Shown piece after piece: positions 1 through 9,222 of a stretch of DNA of 64,000 bases. The notes under the pieces are model-generated. The model was not told the DNA's origin. It did not search any database and saw only the letters and a program-made list of their open reading frames with translations. The stretch spans positions 372-64,371 of the forward strand of contig JAUNXT010000002.1 of the NCBI GenBank assembly GCA_030539655.1, given 5' to 3'. Source of the stretch: Methanocorpusculum sp. Its GTDB lineage: Archaea > Halobacteriota > Methanomicrobia > Methanomicrobiales > Methanocorpusculaceae. How positions within the stretch are numbered: position 1 is the first letter of the stretch; each line of letters opens with the position of its first letter. The translations under genes were made by a program, and so were the position numbers.

Positions 1-1
1 T

Positions 2-181
2 TCCCGTAAGCAGTTCCTCGGGGAATGCGTAAACAAAGCCCCGCATGAGCGGCTGTTCGCATCCCTTGCGATGCTCTATCACTTAATGGAAGAGGGGGCA
101 AATCTTCTCCGCGTCCATGATGTTGCGGCAACGCATGACTTTGTGCAGGTGTTTTTGAAGATTAAAAAATCCCATGAATAA
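2..181 (+). CDS. folP: Dihydropteroate synthase, 3' end (partial at window edge)
   Basis: Frame 2 translates to SRKQFLGEC...GANLLRVHDVAATHDF...*; SRK and RVHDV are DHPS C-terminal motifs. Confidence 0.85.
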   Translation, partial: SRKQFLGECVNKAPHERLFASLAMLYHLMEEGANLLRVHDVAATHDFVQVFLKIKKSHE

Positions 182-243
182 AAGCTCATGAATAGGCAGT
201 TGCCGGTTCACATAGATTCCATGAAAAACGGGAGTCCTGTGGG

Positions 244-550
244 TTGTTGTAACTGACGGCATGTATGAGCAACAAGAGCGCAGACCTCACAGACCTCGCT
301 TCGCGAACTCGGGGGAAAATTCTGCCCCTCAGGAAAAACCTGAGGGGACGCTAACCGCTCAGAATTTCCCCCTCAAACATCTAAAATAAAGAAATCTCAT
401 CCGGATAGCATGTTGTTTGTTTTTCAAGGAATAAGGATAGAAAATCTGAGCGGTTAGCGTCCCCTCAGGTTTTTCCTGAGGGGCAGATTTTCTATCCCGG
501 GTCTGTGAGGTCTGCGCTCTTGTTGCCCATACGCACTGTCAGCTACAACA
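244..550. repeat. Inverted pair of ~115-130 bp structured repeats (REP/BIME- or MITE-like)
   Basis: 244-372 aligns with the reverse complement of 435-550. The core CTGCCCCTCAGGAAAAACCTGAGGGGACGCTAACCGCTCAGA is identical in both, separated by a ~60 bp AT-rich spacer. Confidence 0.9.
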
Positions 551-686
551 TCCTCTCAGCAAATAGATATAGGCTGCAGGATGATTGGTAAAATCCGTGT
601 TCCATGGTAAAGAGGATGTAACTCTCTCGAGACCATCCGATAGAAACCAATTAAACCGGAGACAACCTATATAGTCTAATCATACT

Positions 687-1454
687 ATGTCATCTCTCAC
701 ATTTTCAGTCTTCGGCCTCTCCACCCCGGTCCTCAAAGAAGGAGACAGTATCGTATCCGCATGTGCGGACGCACTTAAAGACACTCCCGCAAAAGAGTTC
801 ATGGAAGGAGATATCTTAGTCCTTGCCGAATCCCCGCTTGCGGTAACGGAAGGACGCACGGTGCATCTCGCATCAGTTACCCCGTCCCCTGCCGCAAAGG
901 AGCTTGCGGAAAAATATCAGATTGATGCGGCTCTTGCCGAGGTGGTCTTATCGGAAAGCGATGAGATTGTAGGAGGTGTCCCCGGGTATCTCCTTGCAAA
1001 AAGCAGAAACCTCTTTCTGCCGAATGCAGGAATCGACGAGTCAAATGCCCCGGAAGGCTACGTGACGCTTCTCCCAAAAAATCCGGATGAAAGCGCAAAG
1101 CGGGTAAGAGATGAAATCCGCGCAAAGTTCGGCTGCGACACGGCGGTTCTTGTAATCGACTCAAGGACCCATGCCATGCGCCTCGGGGTATCCGGGGTTG
1201 CAATCGGCGTCTCCGGTCTTCGCGCCATCACCGACGAACGGGGAAAGTCAGACTTATTCGGACACACGCTTCATGTAACAAGACGCGCAATCGGAGACGA
1301 CCTCGCATCAACCGCGGAGCTTCTGATGGGGGAATCAAACGAACGCGTGCCTGCGGTTCTCATCCGCGGTTATCCGTATCAGCATGCTGAAGATGAGGGA
1401 ATCGCATCCATCGCGCCGGAGGAGGATTTATTCCTCGGCATGATGAGGAAATAA
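687..1454 (+). CDS. cofE: Coenzyme F420-0:L-glutamate ligase
   Basis: PNAGIDESN, LLPKNPDESA, IDS..MRLG, DLFG and LLMGES motifs. Confidence 0.9.
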   Translation: MSSLTFSVFGLSTPVLKEGDSIVSACADALKDTPAKEFMEGDILVLAESPLAVTEGRTVHLASVTPSPAAKELAEKYQIDAALAEVVLSESDEIVGGVPGYLLAKSRNLFLPNAGIDESNAPEGYVTLLPKNPDESAKRVRDEIRAKFGCDTAVLVIDSRTHAMRLGVSGVAIGVSGLRAITDERGKSDLFGHTLHVTRRAIGDDLASTAELLMGESNERVPAVLIRGYPYQHAEDEGIASIAPEEDLFLGMMRK

Positions 1455-1474
1455 TTTTTTTGTAAGAGGGGCGT

Positions 1475-3301
1475 TTAACCGCGAAGAAGCCGCATCGCAT
1501 TCAGAATTACAAGAACTGCAACCCCGACATCCGCAAAAACCGCCATCCACATATTTGCATACCCGAAACCCGCAAGAAGCAGCACAGCTGCTTTTACTCC
1601 GAGGGAAAAGATAATGTTCTGCGCCGCAATCCGCATGGTCTTTCGCGAAATCCTGCGGGCATCATAAATCTTTGACAGCGAATCATCCATGATAACAATA
1701 TCCGACGCCTCAACCGCGGCATCCGAACCGAACGTACCAAGAGTAATGCCGACATCGGCACGCGCAAGTGCTGGGGCATCATTTATCCCGTCTCCAACAT
1801 AAACAACACCTGAAGAGGAAGGAAAGAGATCTTCAAGAACCGAGAGTTTTTCTTCGGGGAGGAGTTCTGCATGAATCTCGTCTACACCGGTTACACGTGA
1901 CACCGCATCCGCTGCATCCTTCTTGTCTCCGGTCAGAAGAACTGTTCGTTTAATCCCAGACTTTTTTAATTGTGAAATCAGCTCTACCGCATCCGGTTTC
2001 GGCACATCGGAAAAGCAGATTGAACCCGTGTAAATACCCTCGCATGCGGTATGAACCGCAGTACCTGCAAATTTAAGCGGGGGAAGAGAGATCCCCTGTT
2101 CTTTCAGGTAACGTTCACTTCCAATAAACACCCTCTCCCCTTCAACGACTGCAGAGATTCCCCGTCCGCGTGACTCACAAATATCCATAACTGCATCTGC
2201 AGGAATCTCTTTTCCCCATGCCTCACGAAGCGACACCGAGAGAGGATGGGTGCTTTTACACCCGGCATACGCACCAAGACGCAGGGCTTTTTCATCCGCA
2301 GAAACAACGGTGAACTTCCCTGTTGTAAGTGTTCCTGTTTTGTCAAATGCAAAAGTATTCGCACGCGAGAGCATCTCGAGATAATTTCCCCCTTTGATGA
2401 GAATACCATGACGTGATGCTGCACCGATTCCTCCAAAAAAACTCATTGGAATAGAGATGACAAGAGCACACGGGCAGGATACGACGAGAAAGATGAGAGC
2501 ACGGGAAATCCAGTCCGACCAGATTCCGCCGAATAAAAGAGGCGGAATCAATGCGGTGAGAACTGCCAAAGCACAGACAACAGGTGTGTAGTATCTAGCA
2601 AAGACCGAGATGAACTTTTCCGGCTTTGCTTTTTTTGCCGCGGCATCTTCGACCAGTTTCAGAATCCGCGACGCAGTTGAATCTTCAAACCGTTTCACAA
2701 CTCTGACGGTAAGAACCCCCGAAAGATTGATGCTGCCGCTTAAAACCCCGTCACGCAATGCAACAGGACGAGGGATAGATTCTCCGGTCAGCGCCGAGGT
2801 ATCGACAGCCGAACTTCCACCAACAATGACTCCGTCTAATGAAATGCGTTCCCCGGGTTTTATGAGAATAATCTCTCCCGGAGATACAGTTTCCGGATGA
2901 ACTATCTCTTCTCTGCCGTTTCGAAGAACAACAGTAGTTTTCGGGACTGCCTGAACCAGCGCTGTAACAGACCTGCGGGAGTTTTCAACTGCGCACTCTT
3001 CGAAGAGTTCCCCTACACGGAAAAAGAGCATGACTGCAACCGCCTCAGGATATTCACCCAATACAAGTGCACCAATGGTTGCTATCCCCATCAGAAAATG
3101 CTCATCAAATATTTTTCCGCGGGGGATGTTTTTAACAACATTCCAGAGCACATCCCACCCTATTATCAGATATGGAATAAGAAACACACAAAGCCGCGCC
3201 AGACCCTCAAGAGGTGATATCCAGCAGAGAACCGTGAGTACGGCTGCTATGATGATGCGGCGTATGGTATGCTTCTGTTTTTCTGAAAAAATAAATTTCA
3301 T
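1475..3301 (-). CDS. P1B heavy-metal translocating ATPase (ZntA/CadA-like, no fused N-terminal metal-binding domain)
   Basis: TGES, CPC, DKTGT, HP and GDGINDAP motifs; C-terminal ADVG. Confidence 0.92.
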   Translation of the reverse strand: MKFIFSEKQKHTIRRIIIAAVLTVLCWISPLEGLARLCVFLIPYLIIGWDVLWNVVKNIPRGKIFDEHFLMGIATIGALVLGEYPEAVAVMLFFRVGELFEECAVENSRRSVTALVQAVPKTTVVLRNGREEIVHPETVSPGEIILIKPGERISLDGVIVGGSSAVDTSALTGESIPRPVALRDGVLSGSINLSGVLTVRVVKRFEDSTASRILKLVEDAAAKKAKPEKFISVFARYYTPVVCALAVLTALIPPLLFGGIWSDWISRALIFLVVSCPCALVISIPMSFFGGIGAASRHGILIKGGNYLEMLSRANTFAFDKTGTLTTGKFTVVSADEKALRLGAYAGCKSTHPLSVSLREAWGKEIPADAVMDICESRGRGISAVVEGERVFIGSERYLKEQGISLPPLKFAGTAVHTACEGIYTGSICFSDVPKPDAVELISQLKKSGIKRTVLLTGDKKDAADAVSRVTGVDEIHAELLPEEKLSVLEDLFPSSSGVVYVGDGINDAPALARADVGITLGTFGSDAAVEASDIVIMDDSLSKIYDARRISRKTMRIAAQNIIFSLGVKAAVLLLAGFGYANMWMAVFADVGVAVLVILNAMRLLRG

Positions 3302-3335
3302 TGCAACTCAACTACCTGGATGTTCACGCGGGTTA

Positions 3336-3554
3336 TTATCTGACAAGTTTGCACTCCGGCTCCTTTTTGCGGATGAGAGCTTCTGCTGTGTCAATAATGC
3401 GGGAAAAATCCGCTTCATCTGCTTCGATAATGAGTTTTTGTGTTATAAATACAACCGAGACAAAATCCACACCCGGAATTTTTTCGAGTGCATGTTCGAG
3501 TTCTGCCGCACAATGAGCACAGCAGAGATGTTCAAGACGAAATGTTTTACGCAT
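3336..3554 (-). CDS. Stand-alone HMA metal-binding domain protein
   Basis: 72 aa with LCCAHCA (CxxC); GAGGT RBS; directly upstream of the ATPase. Confidence 0.85.
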   Translation of the reverse strand: MRKTFRLEHLCCAHCAAELEHALEKIPGVDFVSVVFITQKLIIEADEADFSRIIDTAEALIRKKEPECKLVR

Positions 3555-3579
3555 GAAAGAATTACCTCTGGTTTCTTTT

Positions 3580-3625
3580 GGTTACTAAGTGTTGGTTTTA
3601 TATTGACATAAAACAAAAAGTAACC
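3580..3625. promoter_or_regulatory. Nested inverted repeat in the divergent promoter, candidate HxlR-family operator
   Basis: GGTTACT(3580)/AGTAACC(3619) encloses GTTTTAT(3595)/ATAAAAC(3608). Confidence 0.45.
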
Positions 3626-3644
3626 TGAAAGAAGGTAGATTACT

Positions 3645-4031
3645 TTGGAGAAACCACATGCTGAACCAACACCTCATCCGGAACAAATCTGTTTTTGTCC
3701 GCTGCATGGAATTCTGGATACTATCAGCAAAAAATGGGCCCTGATGGTCATAGCCGCTGTCGGAAACTCGGGTTCAGCAGGATTTAATGAACTGAAGCGA
3801 ATGCTTTGCAACGTCAGTTCAAAAACACTCTCTTCAACATTAAAAGAACTTGAAGAACATCATCTGATTGAACGGAAGGTGACAGACAGCTCACCCCCGA
3901 AAGTCACCTACTACCTCACGGTTTCCGGCTGGGAACTACGCGAACTGCTCATACCTCTTCTCGAATGGGTCATGGAGAACGGAGGACATGCCGAAGAGGG
4001 ATGTCCAATTCATTTGATGAAGAACGTGTAA
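3645..4031 (+). CDS. HxlR-family winged-helix regulator
   Basis: CPL..LDTISKKW, FNELKR, SKTLSSTLKELE, PPKVTYYLT. Confidence 0.88.
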   Translation: MEKPHAEPTPHPEQICFCPLHGILDTISKKWALMVIAAVGNSGSAGFNELKRMLCNVSSKTLSSTLKELEEHHLIERKVTDSSPPKVTYYLTVSGWELRELLIPLLEWVMENGGHAEEGCPIHLMKNV

Positions 4032-4099
4032 TCAGAATCAGATTACCAGATACTTTTTTAAACATCAAAATAAGTAAAACACTCAAAACAGCTCTTCAT

Positions 4100-4134
4100 A
4101 AAAAATGCACCCGAGAGGGGTGGGTACATTTTTT
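4100..4134. terminator. Bidirectional hairpin terminator between convergent hxlR-like gene and frhB
   Basis: AAAAAATGCACCC...GGGTACATTTTTT. Confidence 0.6.
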
Positions 4135-4162
4135 GTACGTACTATAATCCAATAGGACTGGT

Positions 4163-5038
4163 TTAGATGTACGGGTTGCGTAACGGCTTGAGGCCCTTTA
4201 AGAGACCGTTCTTACGTGCCTCAAGGGTCTTTGCGTTTCCGTCAATCTTGGTGTGTGCAAGTTTGTCAACCATCGGGATACCGAACTGGCCTTTAAGGTC
4301 AGCTTCTTCTGCAACAATCCAGCCTGCTTTGACTGCGTCGTTCCAGACTTTCTCACCGACTGCAGAGCGGACAAAGACGGTAGACCATCCATCCGGAGAT
4401 CCGACAGATCCGGTAGAGATATCTGCGAAGTTGGAGACGTAGTCGAGACAGACGTGGCATCCGGGCTGCTCATACTTGTGAGTGACCTTCAGCGGGATTG
4501 CAGAGTTTACACCGCGCTCGGTGTAGACAGAGAATTTACCCTTTCCAATGTCCATCTTGGTGACATTGTCCATCTTGGTTGCACAGTGGTCTTCAACCAT
4601 CTGGTAGAGACCCTGGTACGGGAAGTTCTCCATACAGAAGATACCGAGTACCAGTGCAATCTTGTCCGGAACGTCACGGAGACCAATCGGGTACAGCTGT
4701 CCCTTACGGACTGCCTGACACTGGCACGGAGTACCAACGATACCGATCTTGTCGAGACCGTAGGAGCGGGTTGCTTCCTTAATCAGTGCAAGGTTCGGGG
4801 AAATTGAGTACTTGGTACCGCGTGCTGCGAACAGCTCCTCAACGGTAGTTGCGATCATCGGCTCCGGCTTGTACGGCTCGGATCCGGGTCCTGCGACGAT
4901 TGCACCATCAATAATGCCCTTCTCTAATGCATATGCGAAAAGGGAAGTAACGATACCTCCGTCCTGGGACTTCTTAAGAACGTCTTCACAGCCGGATTTT
5001 GCTTTGAAGACTGCTTTGTATTGTCCAAGATAATCCAT
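4163..5038 (-). CDS. frhB: F420-reducing hydrogenase subunit beta
   Basis: QDGGIVT, GTKY, VGTPCQ, GIFCMENF, CHVCLD, GSVGSPDGWS. Confidence 0.96.
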   Translation of the reverse strand: MDYLGQYKAVFKAKSGCEDVLKKSQDGGIVTSLFAYALEKGIIDGAIVAGPGSEPYKPEPMIATTVEELFAARGTKYSISPNLALIKEATRSYGLDKIGIVGTPCQCQAVRKGQLYPIGLRDVPDKIALVLGIFCMENFPYQGLYQMVEDHCATKMDNVTKMDIGKGKFSVYTERGVNSAIPLKVTHKYEQPGCHVCLDYVSNFADISTGSVGSPDGWSTVFVRSAVGEKVWNDAVKAGWIVAEEADLKGQFGIPMVDKLAHTKIDGNAKTLEARKNGLLKGLKPLRNPYI

Positions 5039-5059
5039 TTTTTCTACCTCCGAAGACCC

Positions 5060-5941
5060 TCAGGGAGTCATTACATCTCCAATGAGTTTGATGATAGATT
5101 CGTACTGTCCGCAGACATCGAAGCTGAAGAAGCTTCTCGGGCACTGTGCATAACAGGAACCGCACTTGATACAAAGGTCACGCTCGACCTGCGGCTTTCC
5201 GTTCTGCATAGTGACTGCACGGACCGGGCATGCTGCTGCACAGCTTCCGCATCCGCAGCAGAGTCCCTGGTTGATGACTTCGGTCATCAGGTCGCATCCG
5301 CATGCTTCAGTTCCTGCTGCTGCAAGGTTCATTAACGGAGTAAGGTATGCAGTTGCAAGTGCCTGCTGCTCCTTGTTTCCTTTGAGTAACAGGTATGCCA
5401 TTAAGCAGACGTTTCTGATCTGCTGCGGTGTCGGTGCACATGCCGGAATGTAGACATCGACTTTGATAAGGTCGCCGATCGGCAGGAATGCCTCATGTCC
5501 CGGCTGGTTCTGCTGACCGCCGCGGCAGAAACGGGTAGTGTTTCCGTAGCAGGCGCATCCGCCGAGTGCAACAACAATTGCTGCGTTTTCACGGGTTTCT
5601 AAAATCTCTTCTACAGAGCACTCGTCGTTGATACAGACGGAACCCTCAACTAATGCAACATCCATCTTCGGGATGTGACGTACATCTGCAAGGGTAAGGC
5701 AGTAAACGAGGTCTGCGTATTTGTCAAGGATTGTGAGTAATCCTTCATAGTTATCTGCAAGGGACACGAGACATCCGGTACATCCGCTCATGTGAACGTG
5801 TCCTACAGTAATCTTGTCAGCCACTGGCTTCTCCTCCTTTGGTTTTTTAATAATTGGCTTTTGTTCTCTGGTATCAGCTGCTTGATTTTTCTCGCTGCCT
5901 TTACCGAACAGTAAGCATTTGAGTTTATCAAGTAATCCCAT
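5060..5941 (-). CDS. frhG: F420-reducing hydrogenase subunit gamma
   Basis: MSGCTGC, VEGSV, GGCACYG, PACAP and two C-terminal ferredoxin motifs; start at ATG 5941 or GTG 5824. Confidence 0.95.
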   Translation of the reverse strand: MGLLDKLKCLLFGKGSEKNQAADTREQKPIIKKPKEEKPVADKITVGHVHMSGCTGCLVSLADNYEGLLTILDKYADLVYCLTLADVRHIPKMDVALVEGSVCINDECSVEEILETRENAAIVVALGGCACYGNTTRFCRGGQQNQPGHEAFLPIGDLIKVDVYIPACAPTPQQIRNVCLMAYLLLKGNKEQQALATAYLTPLMNLAAAGTEACGCDLMTEVINQGLCCGCGSCAAACPVRAVTMQNGKPQVERDLCIKCGSCYAQCPRSFFSFDVCGQYESIIKLIGDVMTP

Positions 5942-5942
5942 A

Positions 5943-6428
5943 TCAAGCTCCAATTTCCTGTAAAATTAAATCTACAGTTTTCGGGACAACTCTCTGCACT
6001 TCCGGACTTAGTTCGAGGGCAAAGTCCTCGGAGTCCGGCGCCGGAATGTAGGCCGGCTGGCATCCTATTACAGTGATATCCATCTTCCCTTTCAGCCTGC
6101 CGATAGGGTCCAGCAGATTTCCGGAATGAGCATCCATGTAACGCTCGTTCCGTCCCTCCGGGAGCAGGTCGGCAGGAATTTTGGTAAGATCTCCGGGTTT
6201 TCCGCCGAAGTCCATCGCATCCACAATAATCAGGCGTTTTGTAACAGCAGGGTCCAGCATGGAAAAAATGAGATGAGGGCCGCCAAGGCCGACGTCCATT
6301 GCTTTCACATTGTCCGGAAGTTCATGCTCTGCTGTAAGCGCATGAATTACTGCAGGTCCGAATCCGTCGTCGCCGAATAAATCGTTTCCGACACCGGCTA
6401 TCACTATTTCGGGAAAGAGTTCTTCCAT
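5943..6428 (-). CDS. frhD: Hydrogenase maturation protease
   Basis: GVGNDLFGDDGFG, IVDA, DAH, GCQP; position within frhADGB. Confidence 0.94.
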   Translation of the reverse strand: MEELFPEIVIAGVGNDLFGDDGFGPAVIHALTAEHELPDNVKAMDVGLGGPHLIFSMLDPAVTKRLIIVDAMDFGGKPGDLTKIPADLLPEGRNERYMDAHSGNLLDPIGRLKGKMDITVIGCQPAYIPAPDSEDFALELSPEVQRVVPKTVDLILQEIGA

Positions 6429-6435
6429 ATTCTAT

Positions 6436-7803
6436 TTATTCAAGGAGCTTCTGTGCAACAAGCTTGTTGTCTTCGTCAAGAACAATCATGTGGGTTGCGC
6501 AGGATACACACGGGTCGTATGCACGGACAATAACTTCTGCAAGCTCCCACGGTGCGCCGGTAAGTGCACGGCTGCAGGTCGGGAAGTTCCAGGTAGTCGG
6601 AACAAGCATGGAGAACCACTCGACTTTGCCGTTTCTGACCTTTGCGAGGTGGACATCGCATCCGCGCGGTGCTTCGTTTGCTGCCCATCCGATTTCGCCG
6701 GTTCCCTGCGGGATAACGTCGGCTACGGTTGCACCACTGGTGTTGAGTGCATCTGCTGCCTCAATCATAGTGTAGACAGAGTCCATGTATTCCATCTCAC
6801 GTGCAACGTTTAAGCCCATTGCACCCTTGCGGTCGTAGTTCTTGTAGATGGACATACGTGCACGCGGACCAACCTCAACAGGCTGTCCGTCGTACAGCGG
6901 GACACCGGTGCATGCCTGCATCTGCGGCCATGCCTTTGCTCCGGCTTTAGTGGTTCCGCCAATCGGGTAGTTCGGGTCGTCAAGGGTGATTTCTTCTTCG
7001 CCCATGTACCAGTCCCACGGTCTGACTTCAAGCCAGCGCTCGGGGTGCCAGGTCGGGTGCTCGTCAAGAGAAGAGGAGCCGTACATCGGGTCAGCTGCCA
7101 TGTAGCCCTGCTGGTGGTAACCGAATTCCTTCGGGATTGCCACTTCACGGCCGCACATCTCTGCCCAGTCACGCTTTTCCCAGTTGTTGAAGACTGAGAT
7201 CATGAACTCCATCTGTTCGCGTGCAAGCGGTAATGCCTGCTTTGCAAGATCGTAGATCTTTGCTTTTGCACGCGGGGTGATGTTCTTGTACATACCTCCA
7301 ACTCTCGGGTTGGACGGGTGAACTGCTTCGCCGCCGACGATTTCGCCGATGGTCTGGCCAATCATACGGAGGGTCTGAATACGCTTTGCAACAGATCTGA
7401 CCGGCTCCTCAGGAGTGAACGGGTTGATCTTGGTGTCAGTTCCCGGAATGTACATATCCGGCAGTGCAAGGATATCGTGCAGTGCGTGGGAGTGCAGTCT
7501 GTTTGCAGCCTGCAGAATTAAACGCAGGAGATATGCGTCTTCTGGAATCTCAACACCCATAGATGCTTCCATAGCCTCGGTTGCTGCGAGGGTGTGTGCA
7601 ATCGGACAAATACCGCAGACACGGGATGCAATCTTCGGGACCTGCTCGTAGGTCTTACCTACTGCAAGCTTCTCTACTCCACGAACCGGGGTGATAGAAA
7701 GCCAGTCTCCGCGCTCGATAATGCCTTCATCGTTGACTTTTAAAACGAGCTTGGAGTGACCTTCATGTCTGGTGGTCGGGGAAATTTCTACTACTTTCGA
7801 CAA
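6436..7803 (-). CDS. frhA: F420-reducing [NiFe] hydrogenase subunit alpha
   Basis: RHEGH, RVCGIC and DPCVSCATH nickel motifs; TTG start. Confidence 0.97.
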   Translation of the reverse strand: MSKVVEISPTTRHEGHSKLVLKVNDEGIIERGDWLSITPVRGVEKLAVGKTYEQVPKIASRVCGICPIAHTLAATEAMEASMGVEIPEDAYLLRLILQAANRLHSHALHDILALPDMYIPGTDTKINPFTPEEPVRSVAKRIQTLRMIGQTIGEIVGGEAVHPSNPRVGGMYKNITPRAKAKIYDLAKQALPLAREQMEFMISVFNNWEKRDWAEMCGREVAIPKEFGYHQQGYMAADPMYGSSSLDEHPTWHPERWLEVRPWDWYMGEEEITLDDPNYPIGGTTKAGAKAWPQMQACTGVPLYDGQPVEVGPRARMSIYKNYDRKGAMGLNVAREMEYMDSVYTMIEAADALNTSGATVADVIPQGTGEIGWAANEAPRGCDVHLAKVRNGKVEWFSMLVPTTWNFPTCSRALTGAPWELAEVIVRAYDPCVSCATHMIVLDEDNKLVAQKLLE

Positions 7804-8056
7804 TGTTTTCGCCTCATCCTAATTTATATAGGTATTCAACAGCTATACGGAATAATTACCATTGTCCTTTTGGATTAATGACACGTACCTAAGTACGTTA
7901 CGTATTCTATTGGTTTGGATATTTAATAAATATTCCTTCTTTAAACGAAGCAGACAAAAATGAACTGTGAAATGAGCTGACAGCAATAAGATTCAGTACA
8001 ATTTACAGACTACAGTGTGTTACAAAATATAATAAACGTATTCTACGCGCAAAAAA

Positions 8057-8992
8057 TTATGCGTTGAGCTCATTTCTGAGCTCGGCAAGGGTTGCATCAC
8101 GCTCGGCATACGCATCATGCTGGTGGATACTTTCCTCATTGGTCTGGTGAAGCGTAACACGCGTATCTCCGGGAAGGTCCGGGAAGGTTGTCACAACCTG
8201 CCGTGCCATCTCACGGACACAGTCTTCCACAAAGCGCGCATTTTTGTGAGCTGCCATTACAACATAGCTTTCATCGCCGCGCTTCAGCAGCTCATAAATT
8301 CTTGCACTCATCGAATCCTTTAACACAGTCACAACTGAATCAAGAGGGACAATCACATCGCCGTCGGTTTCGATGGAAAGGAAGCCGCGTCCTCTCTGGT
8401 TATGGGAGGCCATCGGAATCTCTGCAAAGAACGCATTGATTTTATCCTCGGGAATCTCGAGTTTTTCCATGACATGCATGGCATAGTCCTTTACTATGTT
8501 CTGCGCGCACGGACATGCGGTGATACCGGTCACTTCCGCACCGATACTCTTTCTTACCACATGGTTTCCGCCGTTTCTCTGCGCAGTTGCATGGGCATAA
8601 ACCTTGATAACCTCCTGACAGGTGGTCTTTGAAACCGGGGTTTCACGGTTCATCATGTACTGACTGTGCATGAAGACTTCGGTCTTCTCCGCATACTCAT
8701 GGTGATCCAGCAGTTTCTTTGCAACAATCCCGCAGATCTCTTCTATTCCTCTGACCTCTCCTTCCGCTGCCTGCTGCAGCACCTCATCGATGACCTCAAA
8801 GTTTCGGGAAAGGTTTGCACCTTTCAGGGAACTCGGAAGATCAACAAACACATCAAAGGTAGAGATGAAAATGGAGGGGCGTGCCTTTCCCGGGCGCGCT
8901 ACCTCAACCAGTTTTCTGACATTCTTCACTCCAACGCGCGTTAAGCTGATGCGGACATCAGGCGCTTTGGATTGGGTGTCTGGTAATGACAT
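8057..8992 (-). CDS. mptA: GTP cyclohydrolase MptA (FolE2 family)
   Basis: LPDTQ, KGANLSR, TACPC, SHNQR, LLKR.DE, FVED, EESIHQH; start trimmed to MSLPDTQ. Confidence 0.92.
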   Translation of the reverse strand: MSLPDTQSKAPDVRISLTRVGVKNVRKLVEVARPGKARPSIFISTFDVFVDLPSSLKGANLSRNFEVIDEVLQQAAEGEVRGIEEICGIVAKKLLDHHEYAEKTEVFMHSQYMMNRETPVSKTTCQEVIKVYAHATAQRNGGNHVVRKSIGAEVTGITACPCAQNIVKDYAMHVMEKLEIPEDKINAFFAEIPMASHNQRGRGFLSIETDGDVIVPLDSVVTVLKDSMSARIYELLKRGDESYVVMAAHKNARFVEDCVREMARQVVTTFPDLPGDTRVTLHQTNEESIHQHDAYAERDATLAELRNELNA

Positions 8993-9222
8993 TACGCATC
9001 GTGTCCTTTTCGTCGGCATTCCTTATGATTTTTCGACCGGATTCCAACGTGTATCTATTGTATTGACATTCTTCTATATAACAGTTTATCCTTTTTCTCC
9101 CCGAATCAGCCCGTGCTCCATTAATATTCCGGCAGATTTCGGCAGAAGCGCAGATTAAGAGAGGATGTGAGCAGAAATATTACGCAGAAATTTTATAGTA
9201 TGATGCATAACTATGATACAGC

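Noticed and set aside
6436-7803. Selenocysteine or pyrrolysine recoding in FrhA or neighbours
   Set aside because: Both Ni-binding motifs are all-Cys and the ORFs are full length with no in-frame stops.
9132-9190. Five GCAGA copies upstream of ilvC
   Set aside because: The motif is only 5 bp, common throughout the window and irregularly spaced; too weak to call an operator.
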